From an uncultured Trueperaceae bacterium (lineage in GTDB: Bacteria; Deinococcota; Deinococci; Deinococcales; Trueperaceae), in the NCBI GenBank assembly GCA_963815215.1, contig CAWFFU010000009.1:64001-128000 (forward strand): 64,000 nt of DNA. Reading direction: 5' to 3'. Within the stretch, counting starts at the first letter, position 1; each line of letters starts with the position of its first letter. The notes beneath the pieces are model-generated. The model searched no databases and was not told the origin of the DNA. It saw nothing but the letters and a program-made list of their open reading frames with translations. The translations under genes were made by a program, and so were the position numbers. Positions 48,242 to 57,746 of this stretch are shown one piece after another.

Positions 48242-49326
48242 CAGCGCGCCGCCCTCTCCGCGATCAGGTACATGGCGTGCGACCACAGCAGTGGCGTGGC
48301 CGCGGGTCCCCAGCGCCGCCGCCAGGGCTCCACCATGGCGGGCTCCTGGGCGTGCGCGTCGACCTGTTCGGGGAGGTCTCCGTCGGCCGTGGCCTGGGCC
48401 CGTACCCAGGCGCGTCCGGCCGCCGCGGCACCGTGGTTGCCGGTGGAGGCGTCGTGCCAGGCGAGTGAGCTCGTGAGCAGCAACCATTGGCCGCCGCCGT
48501 AGTAGGTGTCCCCGCGGTACCGGTACAGGCCGCCTCCCGGTCCCGTCAGGTCGCGTCGGACGGCGTCGACGGTGGCTCGGAGGGTGGGGTGGTCGGGTTC
48601 GAGCACGCCGAACGGTACGCCGAGCCACAGCAGGCTGCCGTCGACACGGTCATCGTCGGCGCCGCGCCTGAAGCGCCCAGACACCGTGAAGCGCTCGAGT
48701 AAGTGGTCGCGCACTCGATCCGCTGCGGCCCGCCAGGTGGGGTCGCCGAGCAGCCGGGAGGCCCCGTCGAGGCCCGCGACCACGGCGCCCAGTGTGGAAG
48801 CGTGCTCGCCGCCGCCGAACTCCTCCCAGCAGTCGAAGCACTTCAGCCGCCAGGTCGCCTGCAGGTAGCGTGCCACCAGCTCCACCGCCGGCGCCAGCGT
48901 CTCCGGGGCGACCCGGCCTGCCAAGTGCTGGTCGAGCGCCCACAGCCAGGTGCCGTAGCCGTCGAGCTGGAAGTTGGGCCATGGCTCGTCGTCGGCCCGC
49001 TCCAGCGTGCCCTCCAGGGTGTAGCGGGTGGGCGGCATCGCCTCCGGTGGCGGCGGCGCGCCTGCCTGCACGCTCGCGATGGCGTCTTCGAACAGGGTGC
49101 GGTGCGCCTCGACACTTCGGCCCGCCCAGGCGTGGAAGGCGCGGGCCGCAGCGTGCTCGCCGGCGACGTCGAGGCCGTGCGCGCAGAAGGCGCCGTCACG
49201 CAGCCAGGCGTAGCGGTAGACGGGGAAGGCGGGGCTGGCGACGAGCGCGCCGCCGGCCGACTGCCCCTCGAGGAGCACCTCGACGCTGCGGCGCGCCAGC
49301 TGGTCCCCTTGGGTGAGGGTCGTCAT
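48241..49326 (-). CDS. Glycoside hydrolase family 15 (isomaltose glucohydrolase-like)
   Basis: YAWLRDG, FQLDGYG, DCWEE (acid), LYRYRGDTYYGGG, LPEQ (base), PLLWSHAMY. Confidence 0.88.
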   Translation of the reverse strand: MTTLTQGDQLARRSVEVLLEGQSAGGALVASPAFPVYRYAWLRDGAFCAHGLDVAGEHAAARAFHAWAGRSVEAHRTLFEDAIASVQAGAPPPPEAMPPTRYTLEGTLERADDEPWPNFQLDGYGTWLWALDQHLAGRVAPETLAPAVELVARYLQATWRLKCFDCWEEFGGGEHASTLGAVVAGLDGASRLLGDPTWRAAADRVRDHLLERFTVSGRFRRGADDDRVDGSLLWLGVPFGVLEPDHPTLRATVDAVRRDLTGPGGGLYRYRGDTYYGGGQWLLLTSSLAWHDASTGNHGAAAAGRAWVRAQATADGDLPEQVDAHAQEPAMVEPWRRRWGPAATPLLWSHAMYLIAERAAR

Positions 49327-50168
49327 GCTTTCACGGCTCCACTCGCGATGCCAGCGATGAACTGCCGCTGGAAGATGGCGAAGATGATCAGCACCGGTGC
49401 GATGGCGATCGCCGAGGCCGCGAAGACGAGCCCCCAACTGGTGGAGTGCTGGCCCTGGAACAGCGCGATGGCGATCGGAAGCGTGTACCTGGAGGGGTCG
49501 TTGATGATGGTCAGGGCCCAGGTGAACTCGTCCCAGCTCGCCAGGAAGGTGAAGATCCCGGCGGTGGCGAGGGCGGGCCGGGACAGCGGCAGGATGAGGC
49601 GCCAGTAGCGCGTCCAGGGGTTGGCTCCGTCGACGATCATGGCCTCCTCGAGCTCGAAGGGGATGTCCTGGAAGAAGCTGTGCAGTAGGAAGGTGTTGAG
49701 GCCCATGTTGCCACCGGTATAGAAGACCACCAGGCCCCACAACGAGTTGAGCAGGTGCAGGTCCCGGGCGAGCAGGAACTGCGGAATCAGCATCATCATG
49801 GTCGGCACCATCAGCGCGACCAGGATGAGGCCGAACAGGAACGAGCGACCCGGGAAGCGGAAGCGCGCGAAGGAGAACGCCATCATCGACGACAGCAGCA
49901 AGGCGGCCGCGGTCGTCACGATCGCTACGAACACCGAGTTGACGAAGTACTGGGCGAAGCGGTTCGAGGTCCAGGCGCTGACGTAGTTGGCAGGGGTGGG
50001 GTGCTGCGGGAAGAACTTGAGCGGGATCTCGAGGACCACGGCGTTGGGCTTGAACGAGGTGGCGAGCATGTAGATGAACGGCATCAACATGACGACCAGG
50101 CCGGCCGTCAACAGGGCCAGCCGCAGCGCCATGGCGGCGCGCCTGCGGCCGTGGCTGCCTACGACCAT
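49323..50168 (-). CDS. Carbohydrate ABC permease (MalG-like)
   Basis: ELEEAMIVDGANPW; WDEFTWAL. Confidence 0.93.
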   Translation of the reverse strand: MVVGSHGRRRAAMALRLALLTAGLVVMLMPFIYMLATSFKPNAVVLEIPLKFFPQHPTPANYVSAWTSNRFAQYFVNSVFVAIVTTAAALLLSSMMAFSFARFRFPGRSFLFGLILVALMVPTMMMLIPQFLLARDLHLLNSLWGLVVFYTGGNMGLNTFLLHSFFQDIPFELEEAMIVDGANPWTRYWRLILPLSRPALATAGIFTFLASWDEFTWALTIINDPSRYTLPIAIALFQGQHSTSWGLVFAASAIAIAPVLIIFAIFQRQFIAGIASGAVKA

Positions 50169-51136
50169 CAGCGCTCTCCCGCAGGGCGTCGGAACAGCCG
50201 CAGTTGCACCAGCGAGATCGCGAAGACGATCAGCGTGAGGAGGAAGGAGATGGCGGTGCCGTAGCCGAAGTCGAGGAAGGAGAACGCCTGCCGGTACATG
50301 TAGGTGAGCAGCACCTGGGTCTGATCGACGGGGCCGCCACCGGTCATCAGGTAGACCGAGATGAACACGTTGAAGCCGCCGATGACCAGCAGCACCGTCA
50401 CGAACGCCACGACGGGTCGGATGGCCGGTAGCGACACGGCGCGGAAGCGGTCCCAGGCGCGTGCGCCGTCGACCGCGGCAGCTTCGTGAAGGACCCGCGG
50501 CACGCCCTGCAGCGCGGCGAGGAAGATGACCATCGACCAGCCGACGCCCTTCCAGACCCCGAGGATGCCGAGCGCCGTCATCGCTGTCCAGCGCGCCCCC
50601 AGCCAGTTGATGTTGTGCGGGATCAGGTGGAGGTTGTCGTGGAGGATCCAGTTGACCAACCCACCTTCGGTGATGAAGAGATAGCGGAACACCAGCGCGA
50701 CCACCACCCAGCTCGTCACGACGGGTAGGTAGTAGAGCGTGCGGAACAGTGCGCGGGCGGGCATGCGGGCGTCGAGCAGGACGGCGGCCAGCAGTCCGAG
50801 TACGATCTGCGACGGCACGGTGATCAGCATGTAGAACGCGGTGTTGGCCACCGCCCTCCAGAAGACCGGGTCGTGCAGCGCGTGCGCGTAGTTCTTCAGG
50901 CCCACGAAGGCACTGGCGGCGCCGGGGACGATCGCCCAGTGGAACAGGCTGATCTGGAAGGCGCGCACGATGGGATACAGGATCGTGAGCGCGAACAGCG
51001 CGAAGCCCGGCGCCAGGAACAGATAGGCGTAGAGGACGTCCCGGCGGCGCCGGGCCGAGGGCTTCCCGAGGCTCGCTCGGCGAGCCTCGGGAAGCTTGGC
51101 GTTACTGGAGGAGGGCGTCGATCTGGTGGGCAGCAT
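50168..51136 (-). CDS. Carbohydrate ABC permease (MalF-like)
   Basis: LHEAAAVDGARAW; MTGGGP. Confidence 0.93.
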   Translation of the reverse strand: MLPTRSTPSSSNAKLPEARRASLGKPSARRRRDVLYAYLFLAPGFALFALTILYPIVRAFQISLFHWAIVPGAASAFVGLKNYAHALHDPVFWRAVANTAFYMLITVPSQIVLGLLAAVLLDARMPARALFRTLYYLPVVTSWVVVALVFRYLFITEGGLVNWILHDNLHLIPHNINWLGARWTAMTALGILGVWKGVGWSMVIFLAALQGVPRVLHEAAAVDGARAWDRFRAVSLPAIRPVVAFVTVLLVIGGFNVFISVYLMTGGGPVDQTQVLLTYMYRQAFSFLDFGYGTAISFLLTLIVFAISLVQLRLFRRPAGER

Positions 51137-52343
51137 GGGTCAGCGCTTGCTGCACCGTCTCGCTGCCCTGGAAGGCCTTGGCGATCTCGGTGTTCAGCAC
51201 CTGGTCGATCTGCGGCCACTTGGGTGTGGGCGTGCGCGGCCGCGCCGTGGCGATCTGCTTGAGGTAGGTGTCGTAGTAGGCGTGGATAGTCGGAAGCCAG
51301 CCTTCGGCGCTCTTCAAGACCGGCATCTGCCCGGCCTCCGCCATCTGGCGTTGCGCGAAGGGGCTGAGCATGAAGCGCAGGAACTCGAGCGCCGCTTGCT
51401 TGTGCTTCGACTGCTGCGTGAGCACGATGTCCTCACCGCCGACGACGCTCACGCTGCCGCCTGGACCGGCCGGGACGAGGCTGCCCGCCAGCTTGGTGTC
51501 GGGGTGGGCCGAGCTGAAGATGGCGAACATCCAGGGGCCATCGAGGGTGGCGGCGTACTTGCCCTGGAAGATGCCGTCGTAGGCGCCCAGCCCGCCGTTG
51601 GGGTTGACGATGATGTTGGGCATCTCTCCGGCCTTGTACAGGTCGACCAGCATCTGCACGGCCGCCACGCTCTTGGGCCCGTCGAGGTAGCCGGAGGCCT
51701 TGGTGTAGGTGTCGTTGGTCAGGCTGCCGCCGCCGGACCAGATCCAGGGCAGGATGTTCCAGCCGCCGGTGCCGCCCTCGGCGTAGAGGAACACGCCTTT
51801 GCGCTTGGCCGCCGCCGCCATGGTCTTGAGCTCGTCGAAGGTCTTGGGCGGCCCGCTCATGCCGAGCTTGGACAGGGTGGCGGGATCGTACACCCAGATG
51901 CGGGTGTTGGTGTCGAGCGGCAGGCCGTAGTAGTGGCCCTTCCAGGCGTTGGTGGCCAGCGGGCCTGAGAAGACGCTATCGGACAGCGTCTTGAAGTCGG
52001 GCATGGCGGTGTCGAGGGGAGCGAGCACGCCCAGGTTGGCGAGCTCGGGCACCCAGATGATGTCGGAGCGCACCAGGTCGGGGAGCTGGGCGCCGGCCAC
52101 GGCCGTGATCAGCTTCTGGTGCAGGTCGTTGTAGGGGATCGTGACGTCTTTGACGGTGATGTCGGGGTGTGCCTTCTCGAAGGCGGGGATGATCACCGTC
52201 TCGAGCTGCTTCACCTCCGGGCCGTCGGAGCTGTAGGCGCTCCAGAACGTGATGGTCGTCTTCGCCTGAGCGGCGGCCGTCGATGCCAGGCCGGCGGCCA
52301 GTGCCGCCAGCGCGAGAACCTTGAGGAGCCTTCCGTTGCGCAT
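51102..52343 (-). CDS. Carbohydrate ABC substrate-binding protein
   Basis: Signal peptide MRNGRLLKVLALAALAAGLASTAAA; PDLVRSD, YYGLPLD. Confidence 0.92.
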   Translation of the reverse strand: MRNGRLLKVLALAALAAGLASTAAAQAKTTITFWSAYSSDGPEVKQLETVIIPAFEKAHPDITVKDVTIPYNDLHQKLITAVAGAQLPDLVRSDIIWVPELANLGVLAPLDTAMPDFKTLSDSVFSGPLATNAWKGHYYGLPLDTNTRIWVYDPATLSKLGMSGPPKTFDELKTMAAAAKRKGVFLYAEGGTGGWNILPWIWSGGGSLTNDTYTKASGYLDGPKSVAAVQMLVDLYKAGEMPNIIVNPNGGLGAYDGIFQGKYAATLDGPWMFAIFSSAHPDTKLAGSLVPAGPGGSVSVVGGEDIVLTQQSKHKQAALEFLRFMLSPFAQRQMAEAGQMPVLKSAEGWLPTIHAYYDTYLKQIATARPRTPTPKWPQIDQVLNTEIAKAFQGSETVQQALTHAAHQIDALLQ

Positions 52344-52444
52344 GCCCACGTTCCCTTCCCTTCGGATCGCGTTGGATCCCTGCGGCGCACCGGCGGCGGC
52401 GGAAGGCTGCGGCCGGCACGGTCGATCGGTCGCTTCTTCGCGTG

Positions 52445-53701
52445 CTAGTCGACCACCTCCGTGGGCTCGGACGTGCCGGCGCCCATGCGCGCCCTGGCCA
52501 GGTTGGTGTGCCGGCCGTCGAGCGGGCCGTTGAAGGTCGCCCGGAGCACCAGGCTGGCTGCTCCCACAGCCCACTTGGTGTCATCCCAGGGATCGACCTC
52601 GACCTGCACGTCGGACGCAGCCGGGAAGAGATGGGCCCGCAGCTCCTTCTCGAACGCGGGCTCGAGCCAGCGCCAGGCCCGGGTCCCCTCACCGCTGAAC
52701 AGGACCCGTTCCGGGGCAAGGACGTTGACCAGGCCGGAGACGGCGCGGCCCAGGACCGCGCCGGCGGCGCCGTAGATGTCGATGGCCCGCGGCTCGCCCG
52801 CCTCGGCGAGCGTCATCAGGCGTTCGATGCCCTCGTCCGGGCTCAGGAGTCCCGACTCGCGAGCGCGGGCGACGAGGGCGGGGTCGGCGACCACGGCCTC
52901 CAGGCAGCCGCGTTTGCCGCAACTGCACAGCGGACCGTCGGCCTGGACGCTCACGTGCCCGAACTCGCCGGCGCCACCCCGGGAACCGCGGTAGATGTCG
53001 CCTCCGGCAACGATGCCGAGCCCGACGCCGCGGCCGATGGTGACGGTGATGAAGTGCTCGTGCCGTTCGCCGCGGCCGTACAGCCGCTCCCAGATGGCCA
53101 GCGTGTTGACGTCGTTGTCGACGAGCACGGGCACGCCGAGCCGTTCCTGCAGAAGCCGTGCCAGAGGCAGGTCGCGCCAGCCTAGCAGCGGCGAGTCGAG
53201 CGTGCCGGCGGCCGCGTCGAACACGCCCGCGACGCCGATGCCGAGCCCGAGGAGGGGCGGCGACGACGGCGAGCGCGCGAGCCAGTCGTCGAGGATGGCG
53301 CCGAGCCGCTCGATCGAGTCGTCGGCCGCGGCGTCGAAGGGGCTCTCGAAGCGCTCGAGCACCTGCGCCTCGAGGTCCACGCGCACCCCAACCACGTGAT
53401 CCGAGGCGACCTTCGCACCCAGCACGGTGGCGGCCTGGCCGACGAGTTCGAGCAAGACGGCGGGCCGTCCGCCGCGGGAGGGGGCGTGCTCGGCGACGTG
53501 GATGAGCCCTTGCGCCAGTAGCTCGCGGGTGATCCCGGTCACGGTGGCGGAGCTGAGCCCGAGCCGGGAGGCGATCGTCTTGCGGGCGATCGGTCCTGCC
53601 GTTGCGATCAGCCGGAGGATGGCGGTGCGGTTGACGTCGCGCGAGAACCCCGTGGTCGCCGTGGGGTATGTCTGTGCGCCCCGTGAGCGGCGGCGGCTCA
53701 C
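52445..53701 (-). CDS. ROK family transcriptional regulator (start uncertain)
   Basis: N-terminal HTH; VDNDVN, GRGVGLG, AGEFGH, CSCGKRGCLE. Confidence 0.9.
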   Translation of the reverse strand: MSRRRSRGAQTYPTATTGFSRDVNRTAILRLIATAGPIARKTIASRLGLSSATVTGITRELLAQGLIHVAEHAPSRGGRPAVLLELVGQAATVLGAKVASDHVVGVRVDLEAQVLERFESPFDAAADDSIERLGAILDDWLARSPSSPPLLGLGIGVAGVFDAAAGTLDSPLLGWRDLPLARLLQERLGVPVLVDNDVNTLAIWERLYGRGERHEHFITVTIGRGVGLGIVAGGDIYRGSRGGAGEFGHVSVQADGPLCSCGKRGCLEAVVADPALVARARESGLLSPDEGIERLMTLAEAGEPRAIDIYGAAGAVLGRAVSGLVNVLAPERVLFSGEGTRAWRWLEPAFEKELRAHLFPAASDVQVEVDPWDDTKWAVGAASLVLRATFNGPLDGRHTNLARARMGAGTSEPTEVVD

Positions 53702-53920
53702 GGCCGTGGCCCCAGGGTGCACGGGGTCGTGAGGACGCCGAGGTATGAGGCATCGACGACCGCCGCGCCACGTGCGATCGGCGCAGCGTGGCGGGGTGGG
53801 CGAGGCAGGGTCCAGCGCGTCGACACGAAGCTCTCCCGTTCACCGGTCGCGGGCCCGGGCCCGGTGGGGCCTGGGGCATACCGGTGCGTCCGCGGATGCG
53901 GAAGCTGCAAGATGGTTCGG

Positions 53921-53950
53921 ATCATAAATTTAGGTCATAGCAGAAGTCAA
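53921..53950 (-). promoter_or_regulatory. Putative promoter of the ROK operon (TTGACT-18-TATGAT)
   Basis: AT-rich patch in GC-rich intergenic DNA; minus strand TTGACTTCTGCTATGACCTAAATTTATGAT. Confidence 0.5.
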
Positions 53951-54111
53951 CCCTCGAGCCGGGCGTCGCCCCTACCGAGTAGGACTTCCACCCACACCCG
54001 GGTCGGAGAGCCCCCGACCCCCGGGCCGTGCCGAGCCGCTATCCCAGAGGGGACGCCCCGGCCGCCTTCCGGTGCCGGACCTGCCGGTGGTGCGTCGGAA
54101 GGGGTGGGCCC

Positions 54112-55099
54112 ATGGCAAGGAGATCGATGCTGGGCGGGCGGCGGACCGTCCTGCTGGTACTGGCGCTGGTCGCGGGTCCTGGGAGTGGCGAACGCGCAAC
54201 AGCAGCCCGCCCAGCCGCCCGGCGTGGTGGTGGGGGGCAGCTACGCCGTGGTCGCGGGCCAGACGGTGCGCGGCGATCTCGTCGCCATCGGCGCCTCGGT
54301 GGTCATCGAGGCGGGCGGGACGCTGGACGGCGCGCTCACGGTGGTGGGGGGCAGCACCGTCGTCGACGGGCTGGTCACGGGTGCTGTACATGCCTACGGG
54401 GGGGCGTTGTCGCTGGGCTCGTCCGCCCGGGTTCTCGGCGACCTGAGCAGCAACTACGCCGCCTACGACCCGACCGCGGGCTCGCGCGTCGAGGGAACGG
54501 TCCAGGCCGGGAACGAGCCTCCGGTTCGCTTCGCCCTTCCGGCCGACGTCCGGGCGCCCGCGGGCCTGGCGTCGCGCGCGGTCGCGGCCCGCAACCCGGG
54601 GGACGCCGTCGTGCGCTCGCTGGCACTGGGCCTGGTGGCGGCTCTGCTGATGGCCGCTTTGCCGTTGCGCGTGGGCCGGGTGCGCGACACCATGCTGCAC
54701 CACCCCGCGCGCGCCGGTCTCGACGGCTTCGTGACCTTCGTGGTCGCCGTGCTGATCCTGGTGCTGCTGGCCGTGACGCTGATCGGGATCCCGCTGGCGA
54801 TCGCGGGGGGAGCGGTGCTGTACGCCACCGTGCTGTTCGGCTTCATCGCCTTCGGCGACGCCGTCGGGAGCGCCCTGGCCGCGAGGTTCAAGCAGACCTG
54901 GTCGGCGCCGATGCGCGCGGGCGTGGGCACCTTCGCGCTCTCGGTGGGACTGCTGGTGCTCCAGGTCATCCCCGTCCTGGGCGGTCTGGCCGGCTTCCTG
55001 CTGGCGCTGGTGGCGCTGGGCGCCGTGCGCAGCACCCGCTTCGGCGGTCGCGAGCCGCGCAGCCGCGAGCCGGCCGCAGCGTCGCCTCAGGGCGGGTAG
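54112..55099 (+). CDS. Secreted/membrane protein with bactofilin-like (polymer-forming) beta-helix and C-terminal TM bundle; +1 frameshift at 54174-54176
   Basis: Signal peptide MARRSMLGGRRTVLLVLALVA continues as VLGVANAQ only if one G is removed; V-x-G-x-V/L-x-x-x-GG repeats followed by about 5 TM helices. Confidence 0.7.
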
Positions 55100-55296
55100 C
55101 GCTACAGCAGGACGCCGTTGCCGGCCACGTCGGGCGCGTGCGGAGAGGGACCGCGATCGCACGGGCCGGGACCGGCGCGATCCTGCGAGGTTCGCGCGCC
55201 CCACGCGGCCCGTCGGAAATCGACGGACCCGCCGGGCGTGGCGCCCGCGCATGCTCCCCTTATCGCTGCGGGCGACAGACAGGGAGGGGACCACCC

Positions 55297-55986
55297 GTGA
55301 TCGCGGTACTGATCTGGATCGCCATCGGGCTCGGAGCGCTCGTGGCGCTGCTGCTGCTGGCGTTGGCGCTGCTGTTGCTGGTGCCGGTGGAGCTCGACGG
55401 CATCTGGACCGACGACACCCGCCGCTTCGCCGTGGCCGGGCCCGGGCTGAGGCTTGGCTACGACGTCGCCGACCGGAGCCTGGAGATCCGCGTGCTGTCG
55501 CTGCGCGTGGGACGGTTCACGCCGCGTGACGGCGAGCGTTCGCCGCGCCGCCGTCGGCGGGCGTCGCGCGAGCGTCGGAAGCGGGGCCGCAGACGCATCT
55601 CGCCGACCAGCCTGTGGCGGGACCGCCGGCGGATCGGCGCGGCGCTGCGCGCCTTCGTGCGGCGCGTGCGGATCGAGCGCTTCCGCGCCCGTGCGGTGAT
55701 CGCCAGCCCCGACCCGGCATGGACGGGATGGGCGACCGGGATGGCCTACGCCGGCTGGGGCGCCTTGCCGGCGCGCGTCCGGCGCGGCGCCGAGGTGACG
55801 GTCGATTTCGAGGGGGAGGTGCCGCGATTGGAGGGCGAGGCGGCGCTGCGGTTCCAGCCCCTGATCGTGGCGCTGCTGGCGCTGCGGATGTGGTGGGTCG
55901 TGCGCCGGGCGAGGCGCAGGCCCGCATCGACGAGGAGCAGGGTTCGACCCGCCTCCGAGGCGGGAGGAAGGAACGGAGCGTCATGA
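55297..55986 (+). CDS. DUF2953 (YtfI-like) membrane-anchored protein
   Basis: N-terminal TM ending LLLVPVEL; DPAWTGWATG motif; overlaps the YtfJ-like gene; GGAGG RBS. Confidence 0.65.
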   Translation: MIAVLIWIAIGLGALVALLLLALALLLLVPVELDGIWTDDTRRFAVAGPGLRLGYDVADRSLEIRVLSLRVGRFTPRDGERSPRRRRRASRERRKRGRRRISPTSLWRDRRRIGAALRAFVRRVRIERFRARAVIASPDPAWTGWATGMAYAGWGALPARVRRGAEVTVDFEGEVPRLEGEAALRFQPLIVALLALRMWWVVRRARRRPASTRSRVRPASEAGGRNGAS

Positions 55987-56408
55987 GCGTACAGGACCTG
56001 TTGAAGACCCTGATCGACCAGATCGGCACGTTGGCCAAGACCGAGACCGTGGTCGGCGAAGCGCTGCAACTCGGCGAGCACACCGTCATCCCCATCTCGC
56101 GGGTGACGGTGGGCTTCGGCGGTGGCAGTGGCGAGGGCGAGGGCGGCGACGCCACCAAGGGCCAGGGCAAGGGCGCCGGCGGCGGCGGTGGTGGCGGCGT
56201 CAAGGTCGAGCCGGCCGCGTTCATCGTGGTCAAGGGGAGCGAGCTCTCCATCCTGGCGGCGCCGGGCCGGAAGGGCGCATTGGGCGAGCTGTTCGAGCAC
56301 ATGCCCGATCTGGTGAGCAAGATCACCGCCGCCCAGGCGGGGAAGGGCGCGAAGGGCGGCAAGGCTCCCGGAAACGAGAAGAAGGACGAGCCGGGCCCAC
56401 CGAGTTGA
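55983..56408 (+). CDS. YtfJ/GerW family protein
   Basis: TETVVGEA..TVIPISRVTVGFGGGSGEG..GGGGGGGVKVEPAAFIVV. Confidence 0.88.
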   Translation: MSVQDLLKTLIDQIGTLAKTETVVGEALQLGEHTVIPISRVTVGFGGGSGEGEGGDATKGQGKGAGGGGGGGVKVEPAAFIVVKGSELSILAAPGRKGALGELFEHMPDLVSKITAAQAGKGAKGGKAPGNEKKDEPGPPS

Positions 56409-56641
56409 AGCTGCGTTGACGCTGCGTTGACGCCGCGCCACCTGCAGGCGGGGGCCGGGGCGCCGGGAAGGGGAGGCGCCCCGGCGGTGTTGCGTCCACG
56501 GCGGCCCGAAGGACTTTCGCCCCTGGCCGCTGTCCGTCGGCCCGGTCCAAGATGCCGCATGGTCGCGCTGTCGGGTTCGGACCATCGCAGGTGTGCCGCC
56601 GGGGCAGTCGATCGCGCGCCGAACGCGCGGAAGCGGCCGAC

Positions 56642-57091
56642 ATGAGCGGCCGCCGTTCGTTGCAGGCCTCACTCCTCGAGGGGCACAAGCGCAACTCCGG
56701 CGCCTTCGTGGTGCTCTACCTCGGCCTGTTGCTGCTCCTGCTCATCGAGCAGTTCGTGCTGCACGTCCCGCCCGTGGGCTACCTCGACGTGGCTCTGCTG
56801 TTCGCGGCCGTGAACGTGGTGCTGGCGCTGGAACGCGCCCGCGCCAGCCTCCTGGAGCACGGCACACTGCGCGGCGCCGTCGTTGCGGTGCTTCCGGTGG
56901 CTGTCGTGAGCACCGTGTTCGGAGCGCTGATCGTGCTGGTCGCAGGCTCCGAGCCGACCGTGGTCGCCACCGTCGCGGGGAGCCTGGCGTTCCTGGTGGT
57001 GTTCGTGTTCGCTACCGCCGGCTTCCAGTACCTCTCCCAACGACGGCGCGATCGCCAGGCCGACGCCCGTCGGACCCCGCCCACGCCGTAG
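56642..57091 (+). CDS. Hypothetical 4-TM membrane protein
   Basis: 149 aa, four hydrophobic segments, high GC3. Confidence 0.65.
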   Translation: MSGRRSLQASLLEGHKRNSGAFVVLYLGLLLLLLIEQFVLHVPPVGYLDVALLFAAVNVVLALERARASLLEHGTLRGAVVAVLPVAVVSTVFGALIVLVAGSEPTVVATVAGSLAFLVVFVFATAGFQYLSQRRRDRQADARRTPPTP

Positions 57092-57166
57092 CGCCGTTCG
57101 TCACCTTGCCGCAGGGGTCGTACCGTAATCCGAGAGACGATGGCAACGCCGGGATCCCGGCGACCT

Positions 57167-57209
57167 GGTCCGCTGATCGGGTCCGCTGATCGGGTCCGCT
57201 GATCGGGTC
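57167..57209. repeat. 13-bp tandem repeat, ~3.3 copies
   Basis: GGTCCGCTGATCG x3 + GGTC. Confidence 0.85.
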
Positions 57210-57255
57210 GGCCGGGCGCGTCGCCTGACGACTGCGCAGCCGGTCCAACGAAGAG

Positions 57256-57281
57256 CGGCGCCCGGCCGAAGCCGGACGCCG
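57256..57281 (-). terminator. Hairpin terminator downstream of the cold-shock gene
   Basis: Minus strand CGGCGTCCGGC-TTCG-GCCGGGCGCCG (cUUCGg tetraloop) followed by CTCTTCGTT. Confidence 0.7.
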
Positions 57282-57305
57282 TCCTGTTGTGTTCTGGTGT
57301 CGGTC

Positions 57306-57545
57306 TTAGTAGCGCTGAGCGCGCCCACTCACCGGCGCCGCGTTGGTCACGACGACGTTGGCGGCCTGCAGCCCCTTATTCCCCTGCTCGACATCGAAAT
57401 TGACTTCGTCACCTTCATTGAGGTTCCGGAAGCCTTCGCCCTGGATCGCCGAGAAGTGGACGAACACGTCCGGACCGCCGTCGCCCTGCTCGATGAAGCC
57501 GTAGCCCTTTTCAGCGCTGAACCACTTGACTCTTCCGCTTGCCAT
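57306..57545 (-). CDS. cspA: Cold-shock protein (CspA family)
   Basis: [15 protein letters not shown] (RNP1), DVFVHFSAI (RNP2), QAANV. Confidence 0.95.
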   Translation of the reverse strand: MASGRVKWFSAEKGYGFIEQGDGGPDVFVHFSAIQGEGFRNLNEGDEVNFDVEQGNKGLQAANVVVTNAAPVSGRAQRY

Positions 57546-57746
57546 GTTCCCTACCTTCACTTACTGCCTCGTCGTTTCGAGGCTCTACAGATTTCCGGGC
57601 GTTCGCCCGAGTTACGAAAATTCTTCACAGAGTTTTCGGAACGGTTCAGTCTACGCGATGTCCTTCGGGGCCGCAAGTGCCTCGCGCCACCTGCTCGGCA
57701 GCGAGAAGGGCCAACGGGCAAGCGTTCTCTGACGGCTCGGCCACGC

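Noticed and set aside
57167..57209. CRISPR array
   Set aside because: 13-bp units are contiguous with no spacers; no cas genes.
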